This document shows positions 43,849 through 52,908 of a stretch of 64,000 bases of DNA, piece after piece. The notes beneath the pieces were generated by a model that did not search any database, had not been told where the DNA came from, and saw only the letters and a program-made list of their open reading frames with translations. Position numbers and translations under genes: made by a program. The stretch lies in the NCBI GenBank assembly GCA_040375445.1, contig JBEISK010000004.1, forward strand, positions 2,115-66,114, read 5' to 3'. Source of the stretch: Gammaproteobacteria bacterium. GTDB lineage: Bacteria > Cyanobacteriota > Vampirovibrionia > Vampirovibrionales > JAJTHC01. The stretch's first letter is position 1. Each line of letters starts with the position of its first letter.

Positions 43849-46125
43849 TTATGCTTCCCCCTGCCATAAAGGGTTCATGTGATAGTGAACGGTGGGTCTG
43901 CCTTCTGTGCGTCGTTCTTCTCGTAGGATGTAACCGTGTTCTTCTAAGGTATCCAAGGCTTCTTCTATCACTTTTGGGGTATCAAAGCCATGCCAATGCT
44001 TACGTTTTAATTCACGCAAGGTAAAAGGGTTATTTAACTTTTCGGCTTTCAGCTTTTTCAATAGTACATGAGCCAACGTTAAATGATGACTACCCCCCAT
44101 GGCGTAAATTCGGTGTGCATGGCTAGCTAAGTAATCGCTCCACGCTAGGGCTTGAATTAACGCTCGTTTACTTACGTTTCCCGTATCGCCATTGGCAAGA
44201 TGACAAATTAACGCTAAAGAAGGCACTAAAGACGCATACTTAGTAAAATGAGCTTCTAAGGTCGGGTTTTCATTGCCGTTTAGGTGGGCTTTTCGCCATG
44301 ATAAATGCCAATCATCAAATAAGGGTTGAGCCTCTTCGGTAAAGCGTAAAAATGGGATGCTATCACCTGCCACGGTATAACACCCAAGACTTTGTGGGAT
44401 TATAATGGCTAGTTCCTGAATTAGAGAGTAATAATTCTGTTTAGCGACTAGGTTGGGGGGTGTGTCTACATGTATAATGGCTTGTAAAGTATCAGGATAC
44501 ACCATTAACTGAAAACGTTGAATTAAACCGTCATCTTTCCCCGTTTGAGTTAAGGCATCTGACAACCATTTGCTAATGACGCTTGGCTGAATCCCTCCAA
44601 ACACGGAAAGGCAATGCCCTTCGATGTAGACAGTCCCTCGTGTGATGCGGTCAAAGGTATAACTGCCTGTACCATTCCAACTTTCAAGATAAAAAGCTCT
44701 ATCGCTTTCGTAACCTTCTTTGTCTAGCTTTTTTAAGAACCCTGCCAACTCATCTCTAAATAAGAGTAGCCCATTAGAGTTTTGTGAAAGCAATTCACCA
44801 ACTTTTTCAACCGTTGGGTCATTACTCATATAGCGTTTGCAAACGGGTGGAGGGGGTAGTGTGGTTTCTTCTTCCCATTCTTTGGCTTGTTGTTCTATAT
44901 TGATTACCTTATTCTTAACTGTGAAGCTTTTTTTTAATGTTTGCTCTAAGGCTTTTTGCTTAATTTCCATCACCCTTTTTAGGTTTTCATACTCTTTCAT
45001 TACATGGGTATGTTTACTAAAGGCGTCTTGTTCCAATTGTGTAACCGCTTTTAAAACACTTTGGATGCTAGGCGTTTTCATTGTGGAAGGCTTGCCAATA
45101 ACCATTCCCCATAAATTAGGAACAACAAGCCAATTATCTTGGGCTTTAGGACGAATACCCACTTGCCGACCTATTAAACTACCTAATGTTACCATTAACG
45201 TAACCGCCATAAAATCAATACTAACTTGCATGCGGTTTGATTCATCTATTAGCCATGCCTTCGCTCGTAATGGTAATAAATCGGTATCAAAGTCATCCAC
45301 GGGGAGTAAAACGCTTTGAATCGGTCTTGGCTTATCCCATTGACAGACTTGAACCGTTTCATCTTTTCCGTGAAGAAAAGGTGTTGCTTGGCTTTGAAAC
45401 GACCTTAAGCCTTGTTCTTGAAATGAGGACTCACCTCCTCGATACCCTCCACTAAAAGACGCCAATACGTTGGAGATTGTTCGGTCTCGATAGTCTTTTC
45501 GTTCTTGCCATTTCGGACGTTGCCCCAATGCGGATTGATTGAACAAGTTTTCCATTTGAGAGGCATTGCCATTCGTCCACCATGACAAATGGCTTAATAA
45601 CGCCATATCGGCTCGGCTGTCATCGTTTCCATATTTTGCGGTGTTGCCATGCCACAAGGCTTGAATCTCTGAACCGTTTTCGCTATTGAACATCTTTTCT
45701 AGTAAGCTGTCATTACGAAGCCCCATGAAGCAAGGTTCTTTTTCTTGTGTGTCAAATAAAGTAGGATTTTTTACTGATGATTTTGGTAAAAAATCACGAT
45801 ACAAACATTCTAATGCCTCTTCCCCATCGGCTAAAATAAGCGGGGATGCTTCGTAACGATTGGCGGTGAAGGCAATAAAGCGATCGGTTTCATAGATTTC
45901 AATATGATGCCCTGAAGGCAAGTTCCAGCGGTTTCTTCTTTCGCCAATAGATGCCTTTAAAAACAAGTGTAAGCCCTTTCCTGATTGACTCACTTCTATA
46001 AAGGTTTGAGGCATGATTTCTAAAATAGGCATAACCCATTCTAGTGGTTTTTGATTTTCATCAAGTGCATTGTCTAAATCAATGACCACAATGCCTGCCT
46101 TTAAACTAAAGCCCAAGCCATGCAA
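43849..46125 (-). CDS. Prim-Pol primase / PriCT-like / DUF3987 helicase-like fusion protein (5' end probably truncated)
   Basis: The N-terminus GIVVIDLDNA...SGKGLHLFL is a Prim-Pol catalytic core. The middle ALWHGN...DDSRADMALLSHLSWWTNG is PriCT-like. The C-terminal 500 aa are paralogous to 7475..9031. The frame stays open upstream of the ATG with plausible extra homology. Confidence 0.75.
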   Translation of the reverse strand: MHGLGFSLKAGIVVIDLDNALDENQKPLEWVMPILEIMPQTFIEVSQSGKGLHLFLKASIGERRNRWNLPSGHHIEIYETDRFIAFTANRYEASPLILADGEEALECLYRDFLPKSSVKNPTLFDTQEKEPCFMGLRNDSLLEKMFNSENGSEIQALWHGNTAKYGNDDSRADMALLSHLSWWTNGNASQMENLFNQSALGQRPKWQERKDYRDRTISNVLASFSGGYRGGESSFQEQGLRSFQSQATPFLHGKDETVQVCQWDKPRPIQSVLLPVDDFDTDLLPLRAKAWLIDESNRMQVSIDFMAVTLMVTLGSLIGRQVGIRPKAQDNWLVVPNLWGMVIGKPSTMKTPSIQSVLKAVTQLEQDAFSKHTHVMKEYENLKRVMEIKQKALEQTLKKSFTVKNKVINIEQQAKEWEEETTLPPPPVCKRYMSNDPTVEKVGELLSQNSNGLLLFRDELAGFLKKLDKEGYESDRAFYLESWNGTGSYTFDRITRGTVYIEGHCLSVFGGIQPSVISKWLSDALTQTGKDDGLIQRFQLMVYPDTLQAIIHVDTPPNLVAKQNYYSLIQELAIIIPQSLGCYTVAGDSIPFLRFTEEAQPLFDDWHLSWRKAHLNGNENPTLEAHFTKYASLVPSLALICHLANGDTGNVSKRALIQALAWSDYLASHAHRIYAMGGSHHLTLAHVLLKKLKAEKLNNPFTLRELKRKHWHGFDTPKVIEEALDTLEEHGYILREERRTEGRPTVHYHMNPLWQGEA

Positions 46126-46214
46126 GTTTTGTGAATAAGGGTAATCTTGAGTTACTTGTTAGGGCTTTCATTTTGTGTTATTTTAATTGAAAATAAAAGG
46201 AGTTTCCCAAGCCA

Positions 46215-47018
46215 ATGAGTCAAGATAATTTTGAGATATTAGCCAACCTTCGACAAACAAACAATTCCCCTGAAGAAGTGGGAACACATAAAAAATGCCC
46301 TTTTTGTTTTGAAGAAATTTTAGCAGATGCCATTAAATGCAAACATTGCGGTGAATTTTTAGACACCACCTTCAAAAGAGAACTCAAAAACAAAAAGACT
46401 CAATACTCAAGAGTCTTTCCCCTTTGGAAGTTTTTCTTATTTGAGTTGATTACTTTGGGCTGGTTTAAGATTTATTGGTCTTACATTCAGTGGACTAACT
46501 TTAAGAAGCTTATCGATGCCGAAAAGAAAACGGAAGGACACACGGAAGAGTTTCAATCTGAAAAATATGAAATCAAACCGTTACTCGAAACATTTTTAAT
46601 GTCTGTTCCCATTGTTTATTGGTGGAAAGTGGTTAAGCTTTATGATATTTTTAAGTTGTTTTCTAAACTTTATAACGTTCCGATGGTAAAAAATACAGGA
46701 TTTAAGCTTTTTCTTCTTTTGTCTTTGGAGGGGCTGGGATCAACTCTTTCATGGCAGAGTTGGAGAAATGAAAACCATATACTAAACCAACTTTTTACAG
46801 AGGTGCATAAAGCACAATTACTTGAGATCTTGTGGATTCTATTAATCTTTACTCTGTTCCCTATTCAAAAAAGCCTTAACACCCTTTGGCAGAAAGTGGA
46901 TAGCGATTTACCTGTACGTAACACACTTTCTGTCAAAGAGATTATTTTTGTGAGTATTTTTGGATTGTTCTATCTTGTTGAACTTATATATACGTTTTAT
47001 CCAAATGTAAATAATTGA
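46215..47018 (+). CDS. zinc-ribbon plus multi-TM membrane protein (DUF4234-like), orphan cassette gene
   Basis: The N-terminus is CPFCFEEILADAIKCKHCGEF. It is followed by hydrophobic/aromatic TM-like segments such as LWKFFLFELITLGWFKIYW. AAAGGAG SD upstream. AT-rich. Confidence 0.55.
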   Translation: MSQDNFEILANLRQTNNSPEEVGTHKKCPFCFEEILADAIKCKHCGEFLDTTFKRELKNKKTQYSRVFPLWKFFLFELITLGWFKIYWSYIQWTNFKKLIDAEKKTEGHTEEFQSEKYEIKPLLETFLMSVPIVYWWKVVKLYDIFKLFSKLYNVPMVKNTGFKLFLLLSLEGLGSTLSWQSWRNENHILNQLFTEVHKAQLLEILWILLIFTLFPIQKSLNTLWQKVDSDLPVRNTLSVKEIIFVSIFGLFYLVELIYTFYPNVNN

Positions 47019-47056
47019 AAACTTATATGCCCCTAAAAACAAAGGAAACAGTAGAT

Positions 47057-47485
47057 ATGAATATTTGGATCAAGCTTATGGTATTTGCTTGTATTCTTTT
47101 TGGGGTGGCTTTCTTAGGTATTTGCATTTCTATTCTTCAATCAGGAAGCTCACCTACCGTTTTATGGGGAGATGTTCCTAGTTGGTTAGGCTTTATTGCA
47201 ACAGCTTTTACGGCTTATATAGGAAATAAAATTCGTGAAGAATTCAAATTCCAAGAGAAAACAAAAATATTTTACCAAAGAGCAGATAAATTCTATGATA
47301 CTTGGGTAAATCTTATAACAGATTATAGAATACAGAGAAGAGGGTTGATAGCATTAAATGATTGGATTTACGATTTAAAAGAAAAATCGAATCCAGAAAT
47401 TATATCAATGATTAAGAGAAACGAGTGTCATTGTAATTGTCTTGAATCCAAAGAATCCAGAAAGCGTTTAGATGAATACTTATAA
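47057..47485 (+). CDS. two-TM membrane protein, orphan cassette gene
   Basis: MNIWIKLMVFACILFGVAFLGICISIL...WLGFIATAFTAYIG. The track ORF starts at TTG 47015, overlapping the previous gene. ATG 47057 has AGGAA upstream. Confidence 0.5.
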   Translation: MNIWIKLMVFACILFGVAFLGICISILQSGSSPTVLWGDVPSWLGFIATAFTAYIGNKIREEFKFQEKTKIFYQRADKFYDTWVNLITDYRIQRRGLIALNDWIYDLKEKSNPEIISMIKRNECHCNCLESKESRKRLDEYL

Positions 47486-47656
47486 AAACCTGAGTCAGAA
47501 ACACTCTCAGCTTTATATTTAGACCAGTTTTTAGATGAACTCCTAACTAACGAAGTAACAAAACCGCTCTTTCGACTAACTGTTGCCGTTTGGAGAGATT
47601 TCAATGATACACTAGAAAGAGAGCCTTTATTTTCTCAAAATCAGCAATTAAAAAGT

Positions 47657-47860
47657 ATGACAAAAAATCTAGAATATTTAACATTGATTCATAAACTAAA
47701 ACATGTTTCTTGGAAAGACAAGAGTAAAGCAATAAAGCGTCTACAGGAGTCGGAGGAGGAAATAAACCAAGCTATTAGTTCTTTACTAAAAGATGCTTTT
47801 CGAATCTTATTTGAAGAAGCAGATCAAAAAGTTCACAAAATGAGAACGAATTCTAAATGA
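47657..47860 (+). CDS. small helical protein, or the C-terminal part of the preceding gene
   Basis: Same frame as 47015..47485. The frame is open all the way from the TAA at 47483-47485 to 47860. Confidence 0.35.
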   Translation: MTKNLEYLTLIHKLKHVSWKDKSKAIKRLQESEEEINQAISSLLKDAFRILFEEADQKVHKMRTNSK

Positions 47861-47861
47861 T

Positions 47862-48506
47862 AGTTCTGTTATGCTGTCGCCTTTTGCGGGACTCATTAAA
47901 TGCGGACATTGCGGAGGATCTGTCACAGGAGACATCAAGAAAAAGAAGTATGTGTACTATCGATGCGGGCATCACAAGCAAAAATGCCCTGACAAGTACA
48001 TCCGTGAAGAAGCCCTTGCCGAACAATTTGAACGCCATGTGGCATGCCTTCGCATGACCCCTGAACAAAGTGCATGGATCCGCCAAGCTTTGAAGGAAGT
48101 CAATCAAACCAAAGAGATTGAAATAAACGAACGCCGTCATACCATTCAACGTGAGTTAAAACGCTTAGAACACAAGCTCAATCAAGCCTATGAAGACAAG
48201 TTAGATGGTGTAATTACCGATGCTTTTTACTTAATGAAGTCGACGCAATACAATGCCGAAATAGCAGAGCTGAACGGCACATGGGAAAAACTTTCCCTCG
48301 TGAATGAAGATCAGATTCGTTTGGGGTTGATGATTGTGGATTTTGCGTCGAACACGGTACACGCCTTTAAACACATGACAATGTTCGAAAAGGCTGATTT
48401 ACTGCGGATACTCGTTTCGAACTTTTCCTTAGAGGGCGGAGAAGTGCAAGTTCACTGGAAAAAACCCTTCGATGTATTGGCTCAAAAAGACAAAAACAAA
48501 GAAAAA
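47862..48506 (+). pseudogene. large serine recombinase, C-terminal fragment (zinc ribbon + coiled coil)
   Basis: FAGLIKCGHCGGSVTGD...YVYYRCGHHKQKCPDKYIREE is the zinc-beta-ribbon domain of large serine recombinases. The catalytic and recombinase domains are absent. The track ORF (47871..48560) reads on into the tRNA. Confidence 0.75.
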
Positions 48507-48526
48507 TACTCCCAAGGGGATTCGAA
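48495..48526. repeat. 32-bp direct repeat (tRNA-proximal att site)
   Basis: Identical to 39639-39670. Confidence 0.85.
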
Positions 48527-48579
48527 CCCCTGCCGCATCCGTGAAAGGGATGTGTCCTAGGCCTCTAGACGATGGGAGC
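48507..48579 (-). tRNA. tRNA-Glu (anticodon UUC)
   Basis: The reverse complement is GCTCCCATCGTCTAGAGGCCTAGGACACATCCCTTTCACGGATGCGGCAGGGGTTCGAATCCCCTTGGGAGTA. It closely resembles bacterial tRNA-Glu. The anticodon loop is CTTTCAC. Positions 1:72 form a G-U pair. Confidence 0.9.
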
Positions 48580-48689
48580 ATTTGTTGTCTTTCGTCAAAG
48601 CTCAATCGAACTTCAACCTGTTCATCATCATATAAACAAAACATGCCGTCAACCCCCTTTTTTGACCCCTTCACGCACAAAAAAATCGT

Positions 48690-48718
48690 TTGGCGGTTTT
48701 ATTCCAAAGTGTTATAAT
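48690..48718 (+). promoter_or_regulatory. putative extended -10 promoter for 48747..49187
   Basis: TTGGCG at 48690-48695, a 17-nt spacer, then TGtTATAAT with TATAAT at 48713-48718. Confidence 0.4.
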
Positions 48719-48746
48719 CTCAAAACGAAGATGATAAAGGTGCTGT

Positions 48747-49187
48747 ATGACTCAAACAACTCTCAATCTCTCCCCATTAAACACCCCCGCCGTTGCCCCA
48801 AGATCCGCCATGAACGCCAGCTACTCTGAAGCCACGGGGTATGCCATGGGATATCAACTGGAACGAGATACCTTCAATCCTATGGCAAACGACAAAGCAC
48901 AACACCGTGATCGCTACCTGCAAGCACGAGCCCACCAACAAGAGCGTCCAATGTGGCAACGCATTCTCACAGGAGCCGCTATTTTAACAGGGGCTATTCT
49001 AGGTGGAAGTTTTCTGATCCAAAAAATCAACACACTGCCTATTATTCAAGATGCTCTAAACAGTCACAACACATGGGTACGTCGCCCTGCAAAAATTATG
49101 AGTTTCTTTGGAGAAATGGCTCTGTTTGAAACCTTAATGGAGTTCGGCACGATTGGTTTAGAAGCTTTAATGGCGTTTTTTCTTTAA
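48747..49187 (+). CDS. hypothetical membrane protein
   Basis: Track ORF with the hydrophobic segment ILTGAAILTGAILGGSFLI and a hydrophobic C-terminus. Confidence 0.5.
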   Translation: MTQTTLNLSPLNTPAVAPRSAMNASYSEATGYAMGYQLERDTFNPMANDKAQHRDRYLQARAHQQERPMWQRILTGAAILTGAILGGSFLIQKINTLPIIQDALNSHNTWVRRPAKIMSFFGEMALFETLMEFGTIGLEALMAFFL

Positions 49188-49190
49188 AGC

Positions 49191-50498
49191 CTAAACTGTA
49201 AAGCGAATGAACTTCCGCTTCCCCACCTGCAAAACAATGGATTCGCCTGCGTTTAGTGTGAGCGTGGCATCGACGTCGCTGAGCTTGTCGGTGCCGTTAA
49301 GCTTGACGCCTCCGCCTTGCACGAGCCGTTTGGCTTCGCTTTTGGATGCCGCCAGCTCATGTTGAGCGATTAAATCTACGACGCTGTAAACTTGCCCTGC
49401 TTCCAAGCTGGCTTCAGGCATTTCGGTCGGCAGTTCCTTATTGCGAAAACGATTCACAAAGGCTTGTTCAGAGGCTTCTGCGGCTTGGGCGTCGTGGTAT
49501 TGGGCGACGATGTATTTGGCCATCCCTGCCTTGATGTCTCGCGGGTTGACGCCGTGCTTGGCAGGATCCGCCAAAAGCGTGGCGTGTTGCTGGAGCTGAT
49601 CAGGCGCTAAAATGCTTAAGAGCGTTTCATAACGTAAGATCATGTCATCGGGAATGGACATGAGCTTGCCGAACATGTCTTCGGCGGTGTCGGTGAAATT
49701 GATGCAATGTTCTGGGTAGGATTTCGACATCTTCACTTTGCCGTCGGTGCCTTCTAAAAGGGGTAAGAGCAAGACCATTTGTGGGTTGATTTTGCTGACA
49801 TCTTCACCATGAAGCTTAGCGTAAGCGACTTGCATTTCACGCCCTAGTAGGTTGTTGAAGCGTTGATCTGTTCCGCCAAGTTCTAAATCGGCTTTGACCA
49901 TTACGGAATCATAGGCTTGCATGAGCGGATACAAAAACTCGTGCAAGGCGATCGGTGTATTTTCCGTGTAACGCTTATTGAAGTCTTCACGGGTTAAAAT
50001 CTGAGCAACCGTCACTTGAGCCATCAATTGTAAGAGGTTGTTTAAGCCCATGGCATTGAAAAAGGTACTGTTTCGCACGATTTCAACGGTATCCAACTTA
50101 ATGACTTTGCCCGCTTGTTCGAGGTAGGTTTTGGCGTTAATTTGCACTTCTTCTTCGGTTAAGGGTGGACGCGTCTTGTTTCGTCCTGAGGGATCGCCTA
50201 CCATGGCGGTGGCATCGCCGATAATCATGACGGCTTGATGCCCGAGATCTTGGAACATCCGCAGTTTTTTAAGCACCACGGCATGCCCTAAGTGTAAGTC
50301 AGGGCGTGTGGGATCTAGTCCCAACTTGATGCGTAAAGGGATTTGCGTTTCAATCGCCGTTTGCAAACGCAAGGCAAGCTGTTCCACGCTGGCAGGCAGG
50401 AGTTCCGCCCCTTGCACTAAGAACTTAGCTTGGGCGAGAAATTCAGGGTGTATCGTTTTTGCTGGCGTGGCTTGAGTGGTCATGGACGTTTCCTTCAC
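49191..50498 (-). CDS. tyrS: tyrosine--tRNA ligase
   Basis: HLGH (HIGH-type) and KMSKS motifs, with a C-terminal S4-like domain. An alternative start is the Met 5 codons downstream. Confidence 0.9.
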   Translation of the reverse strand: MKETSMTTQATPAKTIHPEFLAQAKFLVQGAELLPASVEQLALRLQTAIETQIPLRIKLGLDPTRPDLHLGHAVVLKKLRMFQDLGHQAVMIIGDATAMVGDPSGRNKTRPPLTEEEVQINAKTYLEQAGKVIKLDTVEIVRNSTFFNAMGLNNLLQLMAQVTVAQILTREDFNKRYTENTPIALHEFLYPLMQAYDSVMVKADLELGGTDQRFNNLLGREMQVAYAKLHGEDVSKINPQMVLLLPLLEGTDGKVKMSKSYPEHCINFTDTAEDMFGKLMSIPDDMILRYETLLSILAPDQLQQHATLLADPAKHGVNPRDIKAGMAKYIVAQYHDAQAAEASEQAFVNRFRNKELPTEMPEASLEAGQVYSVVDLIAQHELAASKSEAKRLVQGGGVKLNGTDKLSDVDATLTLNAGESIVLQVGKRKFIRFTV

Positions 50499-50600
50499 AA
50501 TGGTTTAAAGTCAATGTTTATTATAACCGAAATATGCGAAGCACGGCGTAAGCGGTTTAGATTTCATGTGTTTATAAGGTTTTGCGAATTTTATTTGTCT

Positions 50601-50702
50601 TGTCCCTTCTCCCTTTGGGAGAAGGCTAGGATGAGGGAAACACCAGCTATAATTGGACATCCCAAAACCCTCACCCCAACCCTCTCCCATAGGGAGAGGG
50701 GG
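50601..50702 (+). repeat. MITE-like palindromic repeat, twin of 54576-54677
   Basis: TGTCCCTTCTCCCTTTGGGAGAAGGCTAGGATGAGGGAAACACCAGCTATAA...CCCTCACCCCAACCCTCTCCCATAGGGAGAGGG. Confidence 0.8.
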
Positions 50703-50771
50703 TAATAGCACAAAATAAAGTTTAGGGTGTTTTATGGAACTATATTCCCCAATACAGGATTTTTTTTGAAG

Positions 50772-52574
50772 ATGAATTCATTACAAGTACCGACGGCTTT
50801 GTATCAAAGTATTCAACAAAAACAAGCGTTGCGTCAAGGCAGCACTCTTCAAATGCAGGATGCTTCTACAACGCCCACGACGCCTCCCTTAAGTGATTCG
50901 CTGGCACAATTGAAGCAAGGATTTCACAGCATGCCGATGCCTCAGACTACCTTGAATGCGTCGATTGCTCAACCGATTCAGGTGGAAATCATGCCGCCTA
51001 AGAAAACAGCGAAAGTCGATTGGAAGTCTTGGGCATTTTTGGGTCTTTTTGTCGGTGCAGTGACGGCTCCTTTGTGGTGGCCAAAGACACAATCAGAGAT
51101 TTTTATTAAGGGACTAGAAGGAGCAGGAATGGAGGCGAAAGCAAAATTTGAACTCATTAAAGAAACAGGCGTGAAGTTTAGCGATGTAATCGGGGCGGAT
51201 GAAGCCAAAAAAAGCATGATGGATATTCTCGACTTCATTAAAAACCCTGAAAAATACAAAGCACAAGGGGCGGTTATGCCCAAAGGTGTTTTGTTGAAGG
51301 GTCCCACCGGTACGGGGAAAACTATGCTTGCCAAAGCCTTAGCAGGTGAAGCAGGCGTTCCCTTTCTTTCGGCGGAAGGGGCAGGTTTTGTTGAAAAGTT
51401 TGTGGGGGTAGGGGCTGCAAGAGTCCGTCAATTATTTGACATGGCTCATGCTTTAGCAAATGAAAACAAAAGTCCTGTGATTGTGTTTATTGATGAAATC
51501 GACACTATTATAAAAAAAGAAGGGCATAATACCAGTGACGAGCATGTGCATACACGAAATCAATTACAAACGTGTATGGATGGCATTCATTCGTCGGAAC
51601 ACCCAATTATCGTCGTTGGTACGACGAATGTCGATCTTGCAAACCTGCATGATGCGATGCTACGACCTGGACGTTTGGAACGTCATATTCAGGTGGATTT
51701 GCCTGATATTAAAGGACGGCAGTCTTTGTTTGATTCTTATGGCAAGAAATACACGTTAAGTGAAGCATCTAAAGCCTACTTAAGTACTTTAGCGAAAGGT
51801 AGCATGGGCTTTTCAGGAGCAGACATTGAAAACATTCTGAATGAAGCCGCTATTTTAGCCGCTCGAGACAATCACGAAAATATCAGCCCTGCTCTACTAG
51901 AAGAAGCTGTTGATCGTATTGTGCTAGGTAACAAGAAAGATAAAAAAATACGTGCTTCCGAAAGACAACGTATTGCTTACCATGAAATGGGTCATGCCAT
52001 TGTAGGACGTTATTTAATGAGGGATCATGAAATTAAAAAAGTGACCCTCGTCCCCCGTGGCAACGCAGGGGGTATGACATGGAGTCAGCCCAACCATGAG
52101 TACGACGACATTTTAGAAACGAAAGAAGATTATATTAATCTGATTGCAAGGGCTTTTGGGGGGCGTATTGCTGAAGAAAGAATGTATGGCCCACAAGGTG
52201 TCAGCATAGGAGCCAGCGGAGATTTAGAAACTATTCGACAACTTGCTGAAATGATGGTGTGGAAGCTCGGTTGGTCGGGCTTTTCTCCACGCAACTTTAG
52301 CAATTCGGAACGCTTGAGCGAAGGCATGAAGCAACGCCTTGAAAAAGCAGTGGATGACATCGTCAAGCTGGGCGAAAACAAAGCTAGAGATGTCGTAACG
52401 CAGCAGCATCGTTTGCTTGAAGCAGGCACGCAGGCTCTACTTACACACGAAACTTTAGACAACAAAGCCTTTGAAGCCTTGGTGAAGGCACATGGTGTCG
52501 AGCTTTCCTTGGTTAATAAGCTCAAAGGGTTGTTGAGACGCCCTAAGCCAGCTAAGGTAAAACAAACCGCCTAA
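50772..52574 (+). CDS. divergent FtsH-like AAA+ zinc metalloprotease
   Basis: GPTGTGKT Walker [10 protein letters not shown] Walker B, and the HEMGH zinc site. There is a single TM ([17 protein letters not shown]) and an atypical Q/T/P-rich N-terminus. The start is uncertain (GTG 50727 or ATG 50772). Confidence 0.8.
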   Translation: MNSLQVPTALYQSIQQKQALRQGSTLQMQDASTTPTTPPLSDSLAQLKQGFHSMPMPQTTLNASIAQPIQVEIMPPKKTAKVDWKSWAFLGLFVGAVTAPLWWPKTQSEIFIKGLEGAGMEAKAKFELIKETGVKFSDVIGADEAKKSMMDILDFIKNPEKYKAQGAVMPKGVLLKGPTGTGKTMLAKALAGEAGVPFLSAEGAGFVEKFVGVGAARVRQLFDMAHALANENKSPVIVFIDEIDTIIKKEGHNTSDEHVHTRNQLQTCMDGIHSSEHPIIVVGTTNVDLANLHDAMLRPGRLERHIQVDLPDIKGRQSLFDSYGKKYTLSEASKAYLSTLAKGSMGFSGADIENILNEAAILAARDNHENISPALLEEAVDRIVLGNKKDKKIRASERQRIAYHEMGHAIVGRYLMRDHEIKKVTLVPRGNAGGMTWSQPNHEYDDILETKEDYINLIARAFGGRIAEERMYGPQGVSIGASGDLETIRQLAEMMVWKLGWSGFSPRNFSNSERLSEGMKQRLEKAVDDIVKLGENKARDVVTQQHRLLEAGTQALLTHETLDNKAFEALVKAHGVELSLVNKLKGLLRRPKPAKVKQTA

Positions 52575-52621
52575 GGCTTGCGTAAATTTCTGTTTGCGTC
52601 ATACTATAAAAATAACGATTC

Positions 52622-52705
52622 GGGCAAGTGGCGGAATGGTAGACGCGCTAGTCTTAGGAACTAGTATAGAAATGTGTGGAGGTTCGAGTCCTCTCTTGCC
52701 CACCA
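52622..52705 (+). tRNA. tRNA-Leu (anticodon UAG), CCA encoded
   Basis: GGGCAAGTGGCGGAATGGTAGACGCGCTAGTCTTAGGAACTAG + long variable arm + GGAGGTTCGAGTCCTCTCTTGCCCACCA. Confidence 0.93.
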
Positions 52706-52707
52706 AA

Positions 52708-52735
52708 ACACCTCCTTATGCAGGGGGTGTTTTTG
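52708..52735 (+). terminator. Rho-independent terminator after tRNA-Leu
   Basis: The stem ACACCTCC/GGGGGTGT has a 7-nt loop and is followed by a T run. Confidence 0.7.
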
Positions 52736-52908
52736 ATTAAGCAGCCTAATTTGCACACCTTACTACAGTGTCTGATAATATGTATTATGTTCTTATGTGC
52801 AAAAAGAAGAAACATGTCAAAATATGCCAATTCAGCTAATACAAGGTCTCGATTTTATTTAGAAGTCGTCTTGTATGAATAAGAAGTCAAACCATTATAA
52901 TTAAAACG

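Larger units (their letters stand above)
39639..48526. mobile_element. tRNA-Glu-integrated genomic island (satellite/IME-like, recombinase truncated)
   Basis: Flanked by the 32-bp direct repeats. It contains a Fic protein, an HGGxSTG pair, a Prim-Pol/DUF3987 protein, an iteron-rich region and a serine recombinase C-terminal remnant next to the tRNA. Confidence 0.8.

Noticed and set aside
47510-47545. TTTAGACC..TTTTTAGA similarity to the DR-A att core inside island 2
   Set aside because: There are only two 8-nt matches in AT-rich DNA, which could easily be chance. I noted it under the in-frame stop finding but do not call it a site.
913-48560. Idea that the recombinase N-fragment (minus strand, about 1 kb) and C-fragment (plus strand, about 48 kb) are one gene split by a single inversion
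   Set aside because: Joining them would give only about 250 aa. It would still lack most of the catalytic domain and the whole recombinase domain. Each fragment also has its own tRNA/att context, so two separately decayed genes are more parsimonious.
52676-52882. 68-aa ORF starting inside tRNA-Leu
   Set aside because: It overlaps the tRNA and its terminator hairpin, so it is almost certainly spurious.
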